The notes under the pieces were generated by a model. The model ran no database searches and had not been told where the DNA came from. It saw nothing but the letters and a program-made list of their open reading frames with translations. This document shows positions 28,808-39,576 of a stretch of DNA of 64,000 nt, piece after piece (position 1 is the first letter of the stretch; every line of letters begins with the position of its first letter). The position numbers and the translations under genes are program-made. The DNA is from Bacteroidota bacterium. Its GTDB lineage: Bacteria; Bacteroidota; Ignavibacteria; OLB7. The stretch is from contig JAFDZV010000036.1 in NCBI GenBank assembly GCA_018266795.1, positions 26,971 to 90,970 of the forward strand, read 5' to 3'.

Positions 28808-31800
28808 CTACAGAACAATGCCCGGCGTCCGGAAGATGGCCTCCCACTCGCGTGCACGGTTGTACCAGGTCTGTTCAACGGCCCATGCGCGCGCCCGAGC
28901 GCGCATCGCCTCTTTCGCCTCGGGATCGCGCAGCAGCACCAGCAGGCGGCGTACCGCCTCGGCGACAAACTCCGCCGACCGCGCGTCGCCCCCCAGCAGT
29001 ATTCCGCGATCGGCGATGGTGCTCGATAGCCCGGCCAGATCCGTGCAGACGCAGAGCGTGCCAGCCATCTGCGCCTCCAGCGCCGTGATGCAGTAGGTTT
29101 CGGTGAAGCTGGTGGGGTAGAACCACACGTCGCTCCGGAGGTACTCCTCGGCCAGTTGCTCCTGTCCGACGCGTCCATGATAGAACACGCCGGGCTGGCT
29201 CATGCGCCTGTGGATCAGGTCGCGCAGTGCGCGCGCGCCTGCATCCTGCGACATCTCGATCGCCTTGTCCCAGTTGTCGAAGCCGTAGAACACGTGGAGC
29301 TCGGCATCGGGCAGCAGCTCGCGGATCAGCGGGAAGATGCCCAGCAGCGTATCGAGTCCGCGATCGGGACTGGAGGAATAGATGAAGCGATTGGTGCGAC
29401 GTTCCACATGCCGTTCGAAACGCTCCGGATCGATGCCGTTGCCGGTGAGAATCAACTTGTCCGCCGGCACGCCGTGGATCGAGCAGAAGTTCCGGATGTG
29501 CCATGGGCTGAGGCAGAAGATGCCATCCAGCCGCTCGTAGAAGAACGGGACCAGATCGCGCTCCCCCAGCTCGGTTCCCATGGCATAGATATCGTGCACC
29601 CAGAGGTAGAGCTTCTTCACGCGCAGCGGGTTCTGCAGCACGAACATGTATCGTGATACGATCATTACGTCGATCACGTGCGCATCGATGAAGCGTTCGA
29701 ATCGGGCGTAGTCCAGATATTCCACGCTGTTGTACCGGCCCTCCATTCCATCGCAGCTGCTGAACACCACCACGCGATAGCCCAGCCGGGCGAGTTCCTC
29801 AGCCATGCGCGCTGCTGCCGTCTCCGATCCGCCGATGCCCGCGGAGCCGATCGTTGCCGACGTCCAGGGTTCATACGACGATCCGGTATGGATAACCAGC
29901 AACGGGCGATCGTGCTTCAGCGCCGCCCGCTCCATATTGGAGCGATCCTCCGCACGGAAGGCTTCCGGCATCTCCAGCTCGCGCGCCGCGCGGCTGGTGC
30001 CGCCGAAGTGGAACACGAAGCTGCGTTCGGTGACCGCACACTCGAAGCCCATCTTCCGTGCGCGAAGGCAGTAGTCCAGATCCTCCGATCCGTTCACGAA
30101 CTCCTCATCCAGCAGGCCGGTCATGCGGACCACGTCGCGCCGCACCAGCGTGCAGTAGAACGCCACCCAGTCCCGGCGGTACACGCGGTCGCGCTCCATG
30201 TGGGCCGTGTAGATCCGTTCGGGAGCGATGCCGGGTTCATCCACCCAGCGCAGCTGAAGCGTCCCCTCGAACAGCCTGTTCATGCCGGGGAGCAGTTCCA
30301 TGCCGTCAACCTCCATATGGTAATCGTGCAGCCATCCCTTGTCGCAGTTCGAGAGCGGGTTCACGATCCCCACATTCCCCTCGGCCTCCGCTATCATCGC
30401 CTCCAGCCAGCCGTGCGACACGATCACGTCGTCGTTGAGAATCACGATGAAGGGTGAGGAGCCTGCCCGGATTCCGACGTTCACCGCCTCCGAGAAGTTG
30501 AGCCGCCGTTCGGATTCGATCACCAGCACGGACTCCGGCAGACCCGCCGTCTGCCGCGGGCCGCCGCTGTTCACCACGATGATGCGATGCGGATGCTCCG
30601 TGCAGGCGATGATGCTCCGCACGCACGCCTGCAGATACTCCGGGTTGGCGCAGGTTGGGATCACGATATCGGCGGAGGTGTCCGGCACCGGCTTGTGTGC
30701 CTGCACTTCCACCGACGGGGTTGAGTAGCCGTCGTAATTGCCGCTTGCATCCACGACGAACCCGATCTGCTCCATCTCGCGCACCAGCTCTTCGCGCGTG
30801 AAGCCGGTGTGATGAATCTGCCCCTCCATCGGCTCGTCTCCGAGCGAACGCTGGATTCCATAGATCGTGTATCGATACCAGTCCCGCTCCTCCTGCGTTG
30901 CGGCTGCGAGAAAGGCACGGCAGCAATCGCCCAGATCCGGGAGCTTCAAGAGAACGGTCCCGCCGGGCTTCAACACGCGATACCATTCGCGCAGCGCCGT
31001 GCGCGCGCTTTCGTGGTAGAGATGCTCCAGCGCGTGCTCGCTGTGGATGGCGTCCACCGTTTCGTCGTCGTACGGAATATCATCCAGCGAGAACGTCTCG
31101 TCCACCTCGCGGCCCGGATACTTGTCGCAGTTGCGGTAGTCCAGGTAGCGCTTGTTACCGCTTCCGAGATTCAGCTTCACGATTCCGGTGGGCTGGGTCC
31201 GCTGCCCGGTGCGCTGCCGTTCGAGCACGGCAGCGAAGTAGTCGCGGTTGGCGAGCAGGTTCCTGTCGTTCGGCATCATGGCCAGCGCGTGCTCGTTGTA
31301 CTCGTTTGCCGTTATGTGATCGCCCAGCCGGTCGTGGCTGATGCAGATCTGTACCAGCGGCCCCACGCCGTAGGTGTACGAATCGAGCGGGCTCAGAACG
31401 TCGGGCGCCGGACGAAGGCAGAGCTCGTACCAGAAGATCGCCTCCTCGTAATCCTCCTCGTCGAATGCGATCGATCCCAGAATGAAGTGCGGCTCCGCCC
31501 AGCGGCTGTCCATGGCCCGCGCCAGCTTCGCCTCGGCACGAGCCTGCGAGCGGTACTCCGTTGCCCGCAGCGGATCCTTTCGCGAGAGATTGTAGTATCC
31601 CTTGGCGATTCGCTGCTGCGCGCCGATCCTGTCCTCGATCCATCCGTCCGGCATCGCCAGGAATCGCCTGAACTCCGCGATCGCCGGCTCCTCTCGTCCG
31701 GCGTCCAGATACTCCTTGCCGAGATAGTAGCAGATGCGCGCGTCGTTGCGATAGCGGTCACCGGCAACGGCCTTCTCGAGGATGCGGAGGTTCCGATTCT

Positions 31801-32323
31801 CGTCCGCGGCGGCGCCTGCATGCGTGCGCCTGTGCGTGATGGTGATATCCACGCGCTCCGATGTATTGGCCGTGCTCGTGATCATGCATTCGTGTATCGG
31901 ATACTGCCACCGGATGTCGGCTTCGCGCCGCACGATCCGCTCCCGATAGAGTGTGCAGAGCGTATTGCCGGAGGCATCCTGCGAGTAGTCGTACAGGAGC
32001 ATGTAGACATCCTTGTGGAGCCTCTCCTTCAATTCGAGCAGCCGCTCCAGATCCGATGGGAGAATCACGTCGTCTGCGTCCAGCCAGATGATGTAGGGGG
32101 AGGTTGCCTTGCTGAACGAATAGTTGCGTGCGGCTCCGAAGTCATCGATCCAGTCGAAATGTTCGATCACCGCGCCGAACCCGCGCGCGATTGCAATGGT
32201 GTTGTCCGTGGAACCCGTATCGACGATGATGATCTCGTCAACCAGAGGCCTGACCGAGGAGAGGCAGCGCGCAAGCACCTCCTCCTCGTTCTTCACGATC
32301 ATGCACAAGCTGATGGCTGGCAT
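28808..32323 (-). CDS. Multidomain glycosyltransferase, 1,171 aa: GT2 - TPR - class I SAM methyltransferase - GT2 - GT4.
   Basis: Start trimmed to MPAISLCMIVKNEE. The first GT2 domain reads ISLCMIVKNEEEVLARCLSSVRPLVDEIIIVDTGSTDNT...WLDADD. TPR-like helices follow (ICYYLGKEYLDAGREEP...). The methyltransferase has LNLGSGNKRYLD...LKPGGTVLL. The second GT2 has IVIPTCANPEYLQACVRSI...ILNDD. The C-terminal GT4 fold has GIGGSETAAARMAEELARLGYRVVVF and continues to the end. Confidence 0.8.
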   Translation of the reverse strand: MPAISLCMIVKNEEEVLARCLSSVRPLVDEIIIVDTGSTDNTIAIARGFGAVIEHFDWIDDFGAARNYSFSKATSPYIIWLDADDVILPSDLERLLELKERLHKDVYMLLYDYSQDASGNTLCTLYRERIVRREADIRWQYPIHECMITSTANTSERVDITITHRRTHAGAAADENRNLRILEKAVAGDRYRNDARICYYLGKEYLDAGREEPAIAEFRRFLAMPDGWIEDRIGAQQRIAKGYYNLSRKDPLRATEYRSQARAEAKLARAMDSRWAEPHFILGSIAFDEEDYEEAIFWYELCLRPAPDVLSPLDSYTYGVGPLVQICISHDRLGDHITANEYNEHALAMMPNDRNLLANRDYFAAVLERQRTGQRTQPTGIVKLNLGSGNKRYLDYRNCDKYPGREVDETFSLDDIPYDDETVDAIHSEHALEHLYHESARTALREWYRVLKPGGTVLLKLPDLGDCCRAFLAAATQEERDWYRYTIYGIQRSLGDEPMEGQIHHTGFTREELVREMEQIGFVVDASGNYDGYSTPSVEVQAHKPVPDTSADIVIPTCANPEYLQACVRSIIACTEHPHRIIVVNSGGPRQTAGLPESVLVIESERRLNFSEAVNVGIRAGSSPFIVILNDDVIVSHGWLEAMIAEAEGNVGIVNPLSNCDKGWLHDYHMEVDGMELLPGMNRLFEGTLQLRWVDEPGIAPERIYTAHMERDRVYRRDWVAFYCTLVRRDVVRMTGLLDEEFVNGSEDLDYCLRARKMGFECAVTERSFVFHFGGTSRAARELEMPEAFRAEDRSNMERAALKHDRPLLVIHTGSSYEPWTSATIGSAGIGGSETAAARMAEELARLGYRVVVFSSCDGMEGRYNSVEYLDYARFERFIDAHVIDVMIVSRYMFVLQNPLRVKKLYLWVHDIYAMGTELGERDLVPFFYERLDGIFCLSPWHIRNFCSIHGVPADKLILTGNGIDPERFERHVERRTNRFIYSSSPDRGLDTLLGIFPLIRELLPDAELHVFYGFDNWDKAIEMSQDAGARALRDLIHRRMSQPGVFYHGRVGQEQLAEEYLRSDVWFYPTSFTETYCITALEAQMAGTLCVCTDLAGLSSTIADRGILLGGDARSAEFVAEAVRRLLVLLRDPEAKEAMRARARAWAVEQTWYNRAREWEAIFRTPGIVL

Positions 32324-33025
32324 CGTTCTGTTGTGGTCTTGTGGTGGTTGGATATCGTATCCGCGCGATGCTTCCCGTGGGCCTGGGGGGCAGGCGTGCA
32401 TATGGTGATGCCGCGAAGGCTCGAACATCGGATGGCGGCACGGCCTTGCGGCTGCGCAGACACTCCGTTGTTGCCAGAAGCCGGTAATCGGAGCAGCCGA
32501 TGCCGAGTTCGTGCTTGTCGTAACGGAAAAAGCGAGCGTCGGTGGTTTCAGGCTTCGCGCCGCATCAGTGCGGCGCTTGAAGCAACGGCAAACATACGAT
32601 GCAGGCGCGAGTTATGCCAGAGGAGTGTCGGTGGTTGGTCGTCAGCTGATCGGTGTTCCCGGTGGCGGGATCGCTTGGGCCCCGTCTTGCCGGGGGATTG
32701 ATCTGGAAGGGACGTGAGCCCGGGGCGACAGGCACCTCCAACGTTCAGTGATCGATCAGATCCCGACAACGCCGCGCAGTTCCATTCACGTGTGGTGCAG
32801 CCGACACCGTACCATGGCTACGTAACCTCGCGCTGCCAACGGCTCGCCCCAAGCACAAAGCCCCAAGTCCCAAGCTCCAAGTCCCAGTTTGCACGAGATG
32901 GTTAACTTGAAACGTCATTGGCAGGTGCGCGGCGTCAGCACGTAGCCCGCATCCATGCCTTCGGCAACAGCGCGGACAATCCGCCTGCAATCCCTCCGGC
33001 AGCAACTCTTCCAGCTTCCATCCGC

Positions 33026-34465
33026 ATGACAATCGAACGCTTCTATCTCGCCTGCCTGTCGCACGCATCCTACATCGTCTCCTCCGGCTCCGAGGCCGCC
33101 GTGATCGATCCTCAGCGCGATGTGACCATCTATCTGGATTACCTGCAGGTGCATGGTCTGACCCTGAAGTATGTGGTGGAGACGCATCTGCATGCGGACT
33201 TTGTTTCGGGACATCTGGAGCTGGCGCACCTGACGGGCGCGGAGGTGGTGATGGGCTCGCGCGCGGGGGCCACCTTCACACATCTCGCCGTTCACGATGG
33301 CGACATCCTGCCGCTCGGCACCGCCAGCCTGAGCATGCTCGAGACGCCCGGACATACTCCGGAGGGAATCACCATCGCTGCAACGGACGCTGCCACGCCG
33401 GATGAGCCGATCGCGCTCTTCACCGGCGACACGCTGTTTGCCGGCGACGTTGGACGGCCGGATCTCCTGGGCGGCTTCGGTGTCACGAAGGAGGAGCTTG
33501 GCGGAATGCTCTATGATTCGCTGCACGAGAAGATCCTCACGATGCCGGATGAGACGCGCGTCTATCCTGCGCATGGCGCAGGCTCCAGCTGCGGCAAGGC
33601 GTTGCGCGACGTGGAGTTCACCACGCTCGGCGCCGAGAGGCTTACCAATTACGCGCTGCAGCCGATGAGCCGTGATGAGTTCATCCGCGCCGTCACCGAG
33701 GGGCAGCCGGAGGCGCCGGCATACTTCGCCAGCGATGCGATGATCAACCGCGCCGGCGCGCCGGCGCTGGGGAACGTGATGGACCGCGTGCGGCCGCTCG
33801 ATCCGGCGGAGTTCCGTTCGGAGATGGGGTGGGGGGCCGTGCTGCTGGATACGCGCGGCACCGATGATTTCGCCGCGGGGCATATTCCGGGCGCATACAA
33901 CATCGGGTTGGACGGGCAGTTCGCCACGTGGGTCGGGACTCTTCTTCCGATCCATGAGCCGCTGGTCATCGTTGCCGATCATGGCCGCGAGGCGGAGTCC
34001 GTGATGCGCTGCGCCCGCGTGGGCTACGACAACATCGTCGGCTTTCTGGCCGGCGGAATGGAAGCCTGGAGCGCGTCCGGTGGTGAGGTGCAGACGTTCG
34101 ACCGGATACGTCCGGCTGACCTCGCCGCTGAGATGGCATCGAACCATCCGCCGATCGTGATAGATGTTCGCCGCGAGGCCGAACGCGAGGCCAAGCACAT
34201 TCCCGGAACCACATTCGTCACGCTGAGCCAGCTCGAGAACTTCGTTACTTCGATCGTTGCGGATGGCCGTCCGGTAGTTGTGCATTGCGCGGCCGGATAT
34301 CGTTCGGCGATGGCTGTCTCCATACTCCAGCACGGCGGCGTGGCCAGCGTTCGCGATCTCGCCGGCGGCCTTGCCGCATGGGAGAGTGCGGGGCAGCCTG
34401 TTGATTACCACCAACCACAGTCTCTTCTCGATTCCTCCGAAGTAGCCCTGGAACCTGCGGGCTGA
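33026..34465 (+). CDS. Metallo-beta-lactamase-fold persulfide-dioxygenase-like domain fused to two rhodanese domains (CstB/Blh-like), 479 aa.
   Basis: Start MTIERFYLACLSHASYIV. The MBL motifs are HLHADFVSGH and ETPGHTPEG, and the iron ligands YPAHGAGSSCG are present. The first rhodanese domain contains GHIPGAYNI. The second carries an active-site Cys loop VVHCAAGYRS. Confidence 0.75.
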   Translation: MTIERFYLACLSHASYIVSSGSEAAVIDPQRDVTIYLDYLQVHGLTLKYVVETHLHADFVSGHLELAHLTGAEVVMGSRAGATFTHLAVHDGDILPLGTASLSMLETPGHTPEGITIAATDAATPDEPIALFTGDTLFAGDVGRPDLLGGFGVTKEELGGMLYDSLHEKILTMPDETRVYPAHGAGSSCGKALRDVEFTTLGAERLTNYALQPMSRDEFIRAVTEGQPEAPAYFASDAMINRAGAPALGNVMDRVRPLDPAEFRSEMGWGAVLLDTRGTDDFAAGHIPGAYNIGLDGQFATWVGTLLPIHEPLVIVADHGREAESVMRCARVGYDNIVGFLAGGMEAWSASGGEVQTFDRIRPADLAAEMASNHPPIVIDVRREAEREAKHIPGTTFVTLSQLENFVTSIVADGRPVVVHCAAGYRSAMAVSILQHGGVASVRDLAGGLAAWESAGQPVDYHQPQSLLDSSEVALEPAG

Positions 34466-34481
34466 GTTTCTCGAAAATCGG

Positions 34482-34550
34482 TTTCCCGTATTGAAATCCG
34501 GGAAATGTTATCGTTATTTTACTTCCATGAAGTTCAGTGATCATGGAAGT
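34482..34550. promoter_or_regulatory. Two adjacent inverted repeats between the rhodanese-fusion stop and the SusC promoter region.
   Basis: tttcccg-tattgaaat-cgggaaa is at 34482-34505. acttccatga-agttcagtga-tcatggaagt, with 10-bp perfect arms, is at 34521-34550. Both sit in an AT-richer stretch. Confidence 0.35.
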
Positions 34551-34891
34551 ACATGCACTGCACACGCTTCTCTTCTCGGCGGTTGCGATCTGCCATCGCA
34601 AGCGTCCGGGATTGTTATCACCCCTCCCTCACGATACCCACAGTCTGTCGCCAAGAGAACAGGACCCTCCGGGACAACCACTTGACCATACGGTACGGCA
34701 TGCCGGTGATGGGCGAAATCTCCGTGTGCCGCAACTCGTGTTGCGATACTTCGTGCGTTGGGCGACCCCGCGAAGAGTGGTTGTCGGGCCTTTGGATAAG
34801 CGGAACTCATCAGAGTGTTCCCGGCAGCGCCGGCTCGATGCCGGCGCCGGATCGGGAGCCGGGTTCCGCACACTACTTATAGGAGATCAGT

Positions 34892-37800
34892 ATGGGCATC
34901 TCAACAACCACATGCGGTTCGGCATGGATGGGAAGCACCCTCCATGCCCGCACTCGAGCAAGGATGGGCGCCAGGGGGTGGCTCCCGATTCTGCTCCTCT
35001 TCTGTTTCTGTGCGACCGGGCTCGTTGCCCAGGAGGAGCAGAAGATCGTTGGCACAGTAACCGATGCAACGTCCCACAATCCGATCGCCGGCGCCACCGT
35101 GATTCTCACGGGAACCAACTTCGGAGGCGTGGCCGATCGCAGCGGTAAATTCACCATCAACCGTGTCCCTGTCGGTTCCTATACCGTGGAAGCCCGGGCC
35201 GTTGGATTCACCCGCGTCTCCAAGAAGACGAGTGTGGCGGCCGGACAGACCGCCACCGTCAACTTCGAGCTCACGTCGGCACCGCTGCAGCAGAACGAGA
35301 TCGTGGTAATGGGCCTCAGCGGCGAGACCGATCGCAAGAAGCTCGGCAACGTGATCGGATCGGTTGAAGGAACCGAAGTGGCACACGCGGTGACGCCGAA
35401 CGCGATCGACGCGATCTCCGGCCGCGTGACGGGCGTACAGGTGACGCGAACGAACGGTGTTCCCGGCGCAGGCACCTATATCACCATTCGGGGACGCAAG
35501 ACCATCTCCGGCGGCTCCGAGCCTCTGTACGTCGTGGACGGCACAATCATCGACAACTCGTCCGTAAAGGGATCGGACTTCCAGGGGGGAAATGTTCAGA
35601 TGGCGAATCGTGCCGTGGACATCAATCCCTCGGACATCGAGTCCATCGAAATTCTCAAGGGCGCGTCAGCAGCGGCGATCTACGGGTCGCGCGCCGCAAA
35701 CGGCGTGGTGATCATTACCACCAAGCGCGGCCGCGCTCGCGGCGACAAGCTCGCAACCGTTACGCTCAGCAGTTCCGTGCAGACCGACGACAAGGTCGGC
35801 TCCATTCCATTGCAGACCATCTACGGCCAGACGACGCCGTACAAGCCGGGATCGAACGGCGACAATGGAACGCCGGGCAGCTCCAGCTCGTGGGGTGCGA
35901 AGCTGGACCCCTCGGTGCCCACCTATCAGCACGACCAGGACGTGTTCCGCACCGGCGTCTCCGCGGAGAACACCCTGACGGTATCCGGCGCCGCCGGGCC
36001 GATCAACTACCTGGCCACCGGCACATGGACGGACATGCAGGGCTTCGTAGTCGGTTCCTCGCTCGATCGCCGCAGCGTGCGCTTCAACCTCGGTGCGGAG
36101 ATCATGCCGAAGGTCTATATCCAGAGCAACAGCAACTACATCTCGATTGCGAACGATCTGCCGCAGAACGGAAGCAACACCTCCGGCATTCTGCTCGGCT
36201 CGCTCAGAACCCCGCCGGAGTTCGACAACAAGAACTATCTGGAGCCCGATGGCGTAACACAGCGCCGCTTCGGCTTCTACGACAATCCGATCTGGACCGA
36301 AAACAACAACACCTTCACTACGGACATCAACCGCTTCATTCACAGCTCCTCCGTGGACTGGAGTCCGCTGGAGTGGCTGAGCGTGAACGGCCGCGTGGGC
36401 CTGGATCGCTACGATCACTTCAACGTGAAGCGCCTTGCGGTGCAGAGCGCCGGCTCGGCGAACCGCGACGGAGAGGTGGATCAGTTCCGTGCAACCTTGA
36501 GCACGGTGAATGCGGATCTGAGCATCAATGCCAACAAGCAGCTGACGGACAACTTCGGGTTGAATGTGACGCTGGGGAGCCAGACCATCTGGGAGAACTC
36601 CACGGAGACGGACGGCAGCTCGAGCTCGACCCTGCCGTTCTTCGACGAGATTCAGGCGGGCTCCGCCCGCGATGCATCGTCGTCCGAATCGCACGCGAAG
36701 ACGATCGGCCTGTTCGCGCAGGTAACCGGAACGCTCAACAACCGGCTGAGCCTTACGCTCGCGATGCGTCGTGACGGCAGCTCCACCTTCGGCGTCTCGG
36801 AGAAGTATCACTACTATCCGAAGGTGAGCGCGGCCTACACGATTTCCGACGAGCCGTTCATGGAGAGCTCCAAGGATCTGCTCAGCAACCTTCGCCTGCG
36901 CGGCTCCTACGGCGAGGCCGGTTCGCCCACGCTTCCGGGCCCGTACGCCACCAACTTTCTCTACGGCACGTACGGGTTCCCCGATCCGTGGGACCGTCCC
37001 ACGTCTGCCGGCCGCGACGGGTTCATCGGCATCCGCCAGAGTTCCAGCACGCCGCAGGAATACGTGGTTGCGGGCAACGACAATATCTCGCCGGAGCTGA
37101 GCAAGGAGGTGGAGGCAGGGCTCGATCTGGGACTGTTCGATAACCGGATCGGTCTGGAGTTCACCTACTACAAGCAGAACATTCAGGATCTGATCCTCTA
37201 CGTCCCGGTGCCCGGTTCCTCCGGCTACGACCAGCAGCTGCGCAATGCCGGCAAGATGGAGAACTCCGGCATAGAGCTCGGCCTCACCTTCGAGCCGTTG
37301 AACACGGCGGACGTTACGTGGCACTCCACCGTCAACTACAGCACGTACAAGAACACCGTAACGGAACTGGCCATCAAGCCGGCAGGAGCGCCTGTTACCG
37401 GCACCGAGTTCATTCAGCTCGAAGGTGGCTTCACGGGCGTTACCAACGTTGCGATGGTCGGCCAGCCGCTGGGCGTGATGCGCGGTGTGGGCTGGCTTCG
37501 CGACATCAACGGCAACCGCGTCTATTCCGGCGACACCTACACCGACAAGAGCGGCAAGCAGCAGGTTGCGGAGGATTATTTCGGCAACGCCTTCAAGGGG
37601 GCGCCGGTGATCGATCCCGAGCTTCAGATCATCGGCGATCCGAATCCGAGCTACACGTTCTCCTGGAACAACGAGTTCACCCTCTTCAAGGACTTCAGCA
37701 TCGGCTTCCTGATCGATGCCTCGATCGGGCAGAAGGTGTGGAACGGAACGCGCGGTGCGCTCTACAACTTCGGCACGCACGGCGACACGAAGGATCGCGA

Positions 37801-38188
37801 CGATCCATGGTTCAACGACCGGGGCGAGCCGGTGATGGACTACAGCGACACTGCCGGCGGCAAGGCGCCTGTGCAGGCGACGCGCGAATCGTACTACCGG
37901 CTGTACGCCAACACCTTCGTTGGTGGTGCCGACGAGGCGCACATGGAGGATGCCTCCTACGTAAAGCTCCGCGAGGTGCATGTCGAGTATCGATGGGGCG
38001 GCCTGCAGGATTGGGGAATCGAGACGGTGACGTTCGGCGTCTCCGCCCGCAACCTTCACACCTGGACCAACTACTCCGGCTACGATCCGGAAGTGAACAA
38101 CTTCCAGCAGGCGGAGGGACGCGGCTTCGACTATTTCACGCTGCCGCAGACCCGTTCAATCCGATTCTCACTCTCGATCACCTATTAA
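34892..38188 (+). CDS. SusC/RagA-family TonB-dependent outer-membrane receptor (1,098 aa).
   Basis: SD aggaga is 5 nt upstream. Hydrophobic leader WLPILLLFCFCATGLVAQ. Carboxypeptidase-regulatory-like N-domain VGTVTDATSHNPIAGATVILTG...DRSGKFTI. Plug motif IESIEILKGASAAAIYGSRAANGVVIITTKRG. Long beta-barrel ending ...SLSITY. Confidence 0.9.
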   Translation: MGISTTTCGSAWMGSTLHARTRARMGARGWLPILLLFCFCATGLVAQEEQKIVGTVTDATSHNPIAGATVILTGTNFGGVADRSGKFTINRVPVGSYTVEARAVGFTRVSKKTSVAAGQTATVNFELTSAPLQQNEIVVMGLSGETDRKKLGNVIGSVEGTEVAHAVTPNAIDAISGRVTGVQVTRTNGVPGAGTYITIRGRKTISGGSEPLYVVDGTIIDNSSVKGSDFQGGNVQMANRAVDINPSDIESIEILKGASAAAIYGSRAANGVVIITTKRGRARGDKLATVTLSSSVQTDDKVGSIPLQTIYGQTTPYKPGSNGDNGTPGSSSSWGAKLDPSVPTYQHDQDVFRTGVSAENTLTVSGAAGPINYLATGTWTDMQGFVVGSSLDRRSVRFNLGAEIMPKVYIQSNSNYISIANDLPQNGSNTSGILLGSLRTPPEFDNKNYLEPDGVTQRRFGFYDNPIWTENNNTFTTDINRFIHSSSVDWSPLEWLSVNGRVGLDRYDHFNVKRLAVQSAGSANRDGEVDQFRATLSTVNADLSINANKQLTDNFGLNVTLGSQTIWENSTETDGSSSSTLPFFDEIQAGSARDASSSESHAKTIGLFAQVTGTLNNRLSLTLAMRRDGSSTFGVSEKYHYYPKVSAAYTISDEPFMESSKDLLSNLRLRGSYGEAGSPTLPGPYATNFLYGTYGFPDPWDRPTSAGRDGFIGIRQSSSTPQEYVVAGNDNISPELSKEVEAGLDLGLFDNRIGLEFTYYKQNIQDLILYVPVPGSSGYDQQLRNAGKMENSGIELGLTFEPLNTADVTWHSTVNYSTYKNTVTELAIKPAGAPVTGTEFIQLEGGFTGVTNVAMVGQPLGVMRGVGWLRDINGNRVYSGDTYTDKSGKQQVAEDYFGNAFKGAPVIDPELQIIGDPNPSYTFSWNNEFTLFKDFSIGFLIDASIGQKVWNGTRGALYNFGTHGDTKDRDDPWFNDRGEPVMDYSDTAGGKAPVQATRESYYRLYANTFVGGADEAHMEDASYVKLREVHVEYRWGGLQDWGIETVTFGVSARNLHTWTNYSGYDPEVNNFQQAEGRGFDYFTLPQTRSIRFSLSITY

Positions 38189-38205
38189 TCCGGGGGCGTA
38201 CGATA

Positions 38206-39576
38206 ATGAACATGAAGAAGATCAATCGTGGCCTCTGGTCACTCGCGCTCGGACTGGTGATCGCTGGTGCTTTCGGGATCTCCGGGTGCAGCATCGACGA
38301 TTCGGTGAACCAGTCGCCGAACGGTATCAGCAGCGACAAGATCAAGTCGCGCGACGGTATGCTTGGCGTGCTGGTGGCGCTCCAGTCTGTGAGCGGCGAC
38401 TTCTACAGCGGCGACCGCTCGCGTGTCAACAGCATCTGGTCGTGGCAGATGGCCGGTACCGGTCAGGGCCGGCAGCAGCCGGTTGGATGGAATTCCTACG
38501 TGATGGATGTGGACGGGCCCACCAACGATAACTGGCTCAACGGTTATCGCGGCGTGAAGCTCGCGAACGATATCCTCACGATTGCTCCCACGGTGAACTT
38601 CGGCGGCGACAACGACAAGGCGCGCGCCACCATCATGGGGATCGCGGAGGTGTACAAGGCAGTCATCTTCGGTGAGCTTGCCGCTACGTACGGATCGATC
38701 CCAATCGAGATCGACGGGTTCACTCCCGCGCTGTTCGTGTCGCAGTCGCAGGCGTACGACGAGGTGCAGCGCCTCCTCACGAGCGCCCTCTCCCGCTTCG
38801 ACAACGCAACCACGATACAGCAGGATCTGAACTTCCAGGGCGATGGCGCGAAGTGGAAGGCGGTGATCCATTCGCTGAAGGCCCGCTATTTCCTCCATGT
38901 GAAGAAGTACGCCGAGGCGTTGAACGAGGTGGGGAACGGCATTGCCGATCCAACAGGCAACCTGATGGCGATCTACACGGACAATCCGAACGAGGTCTCG
39001 CCGTGGGGACACTGGACCGGCAACGAAGGTGAGCCGATCAAGGTGGAGAAGACCTACATGGACCTGTTGAAGAGCGAGGTTGGAGACAAGCGCCTGGACG
39101 AGTACTTCAACAAGAATGCCGACGGCAACTATCTCGGCTTCGCCGCACACGGCGAGGCGGGCGCAACGGCCGACGAGATGAACCCGGACAAGGTGTCCGG
39201 CCTGAAGAAGTACAGCCAGTTTGCGGACGACTTCCCGTTCATTACCTATGAGGAGAACGTGTTGATCCGTGCTGAGTGCGAGGCGCGCGTCGGGGCGCTT
39301 CCGAACGCCGTTACGGCCGTCAACGTGATTCGTACGGAGGCGGGGCTTCCGGACTTCGCATCCACGGACAAGGACGCCGCCATCACGGAGATCCTGAAGC
39401 AGAAGGATCTGCAGCTCTTCCTCGAAGGGCAGGCCTACACCGATCAGCGGCGCACCGGCACCACGGCGGAGCAGAACGTTCCGAAGCGGTGGATCTACCC
39501 GTCGAGCGAGAAGAACGCCAACCCGAACACGCCGGCGGACAACGACGCGCTGGTCAATGTGCTCGTTGGCCCATAG
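38206..39576 (+). CDS. SusD/RagB-family outer-membrane lipoprotein (456 aa).
   Basis: The gene lies 18 nt after SusC. Signal peptide and lipobox MNMKKINRGLWSLALGLVIAGAFGISGCS. The size and Trp/Tyr-rich helical composition are typical of SusD partners. Confidence 0.75.
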   Translation: MNMKKINRGLWSLALGLVIAGAFGISGCSIDDSVNQSPNGISSDKIKSRDGMLGVLVALQSVSGDFYSGDRSRVNSIWSWQMAGTGQGRQQPVGWNSYVMDVDGPTNDNWLNGYRGVKLANDILTIAPTVNFGGDNDKARATIMGIAEVYKAVIFGELAATYGSIPIEIDGFTPALFVSQSQAYDEVQRLLTSALSRFDNATTIQQDLNFQGDGAKWKAVIHSLKARYFLHVKKYAEALNEVGNGIADPTGNLMAIYTDNPNEVSPWGHWTGNEGEPIKVEKTYMDLLKSEVGDKRLDEYFNKNADGNYLGFAAHGEAGATADEMNPDKVSGLKKYSQFADDFPFITYEENVLIRAECEARVGALPNAVTAVNVIRTEAGLPDFASTDKDAAITEILKQKDLQLFLEGQAYTDQRRTGTTAEQNVPKRWIYPSSEKNANPNTPADNDALVNVLVGP

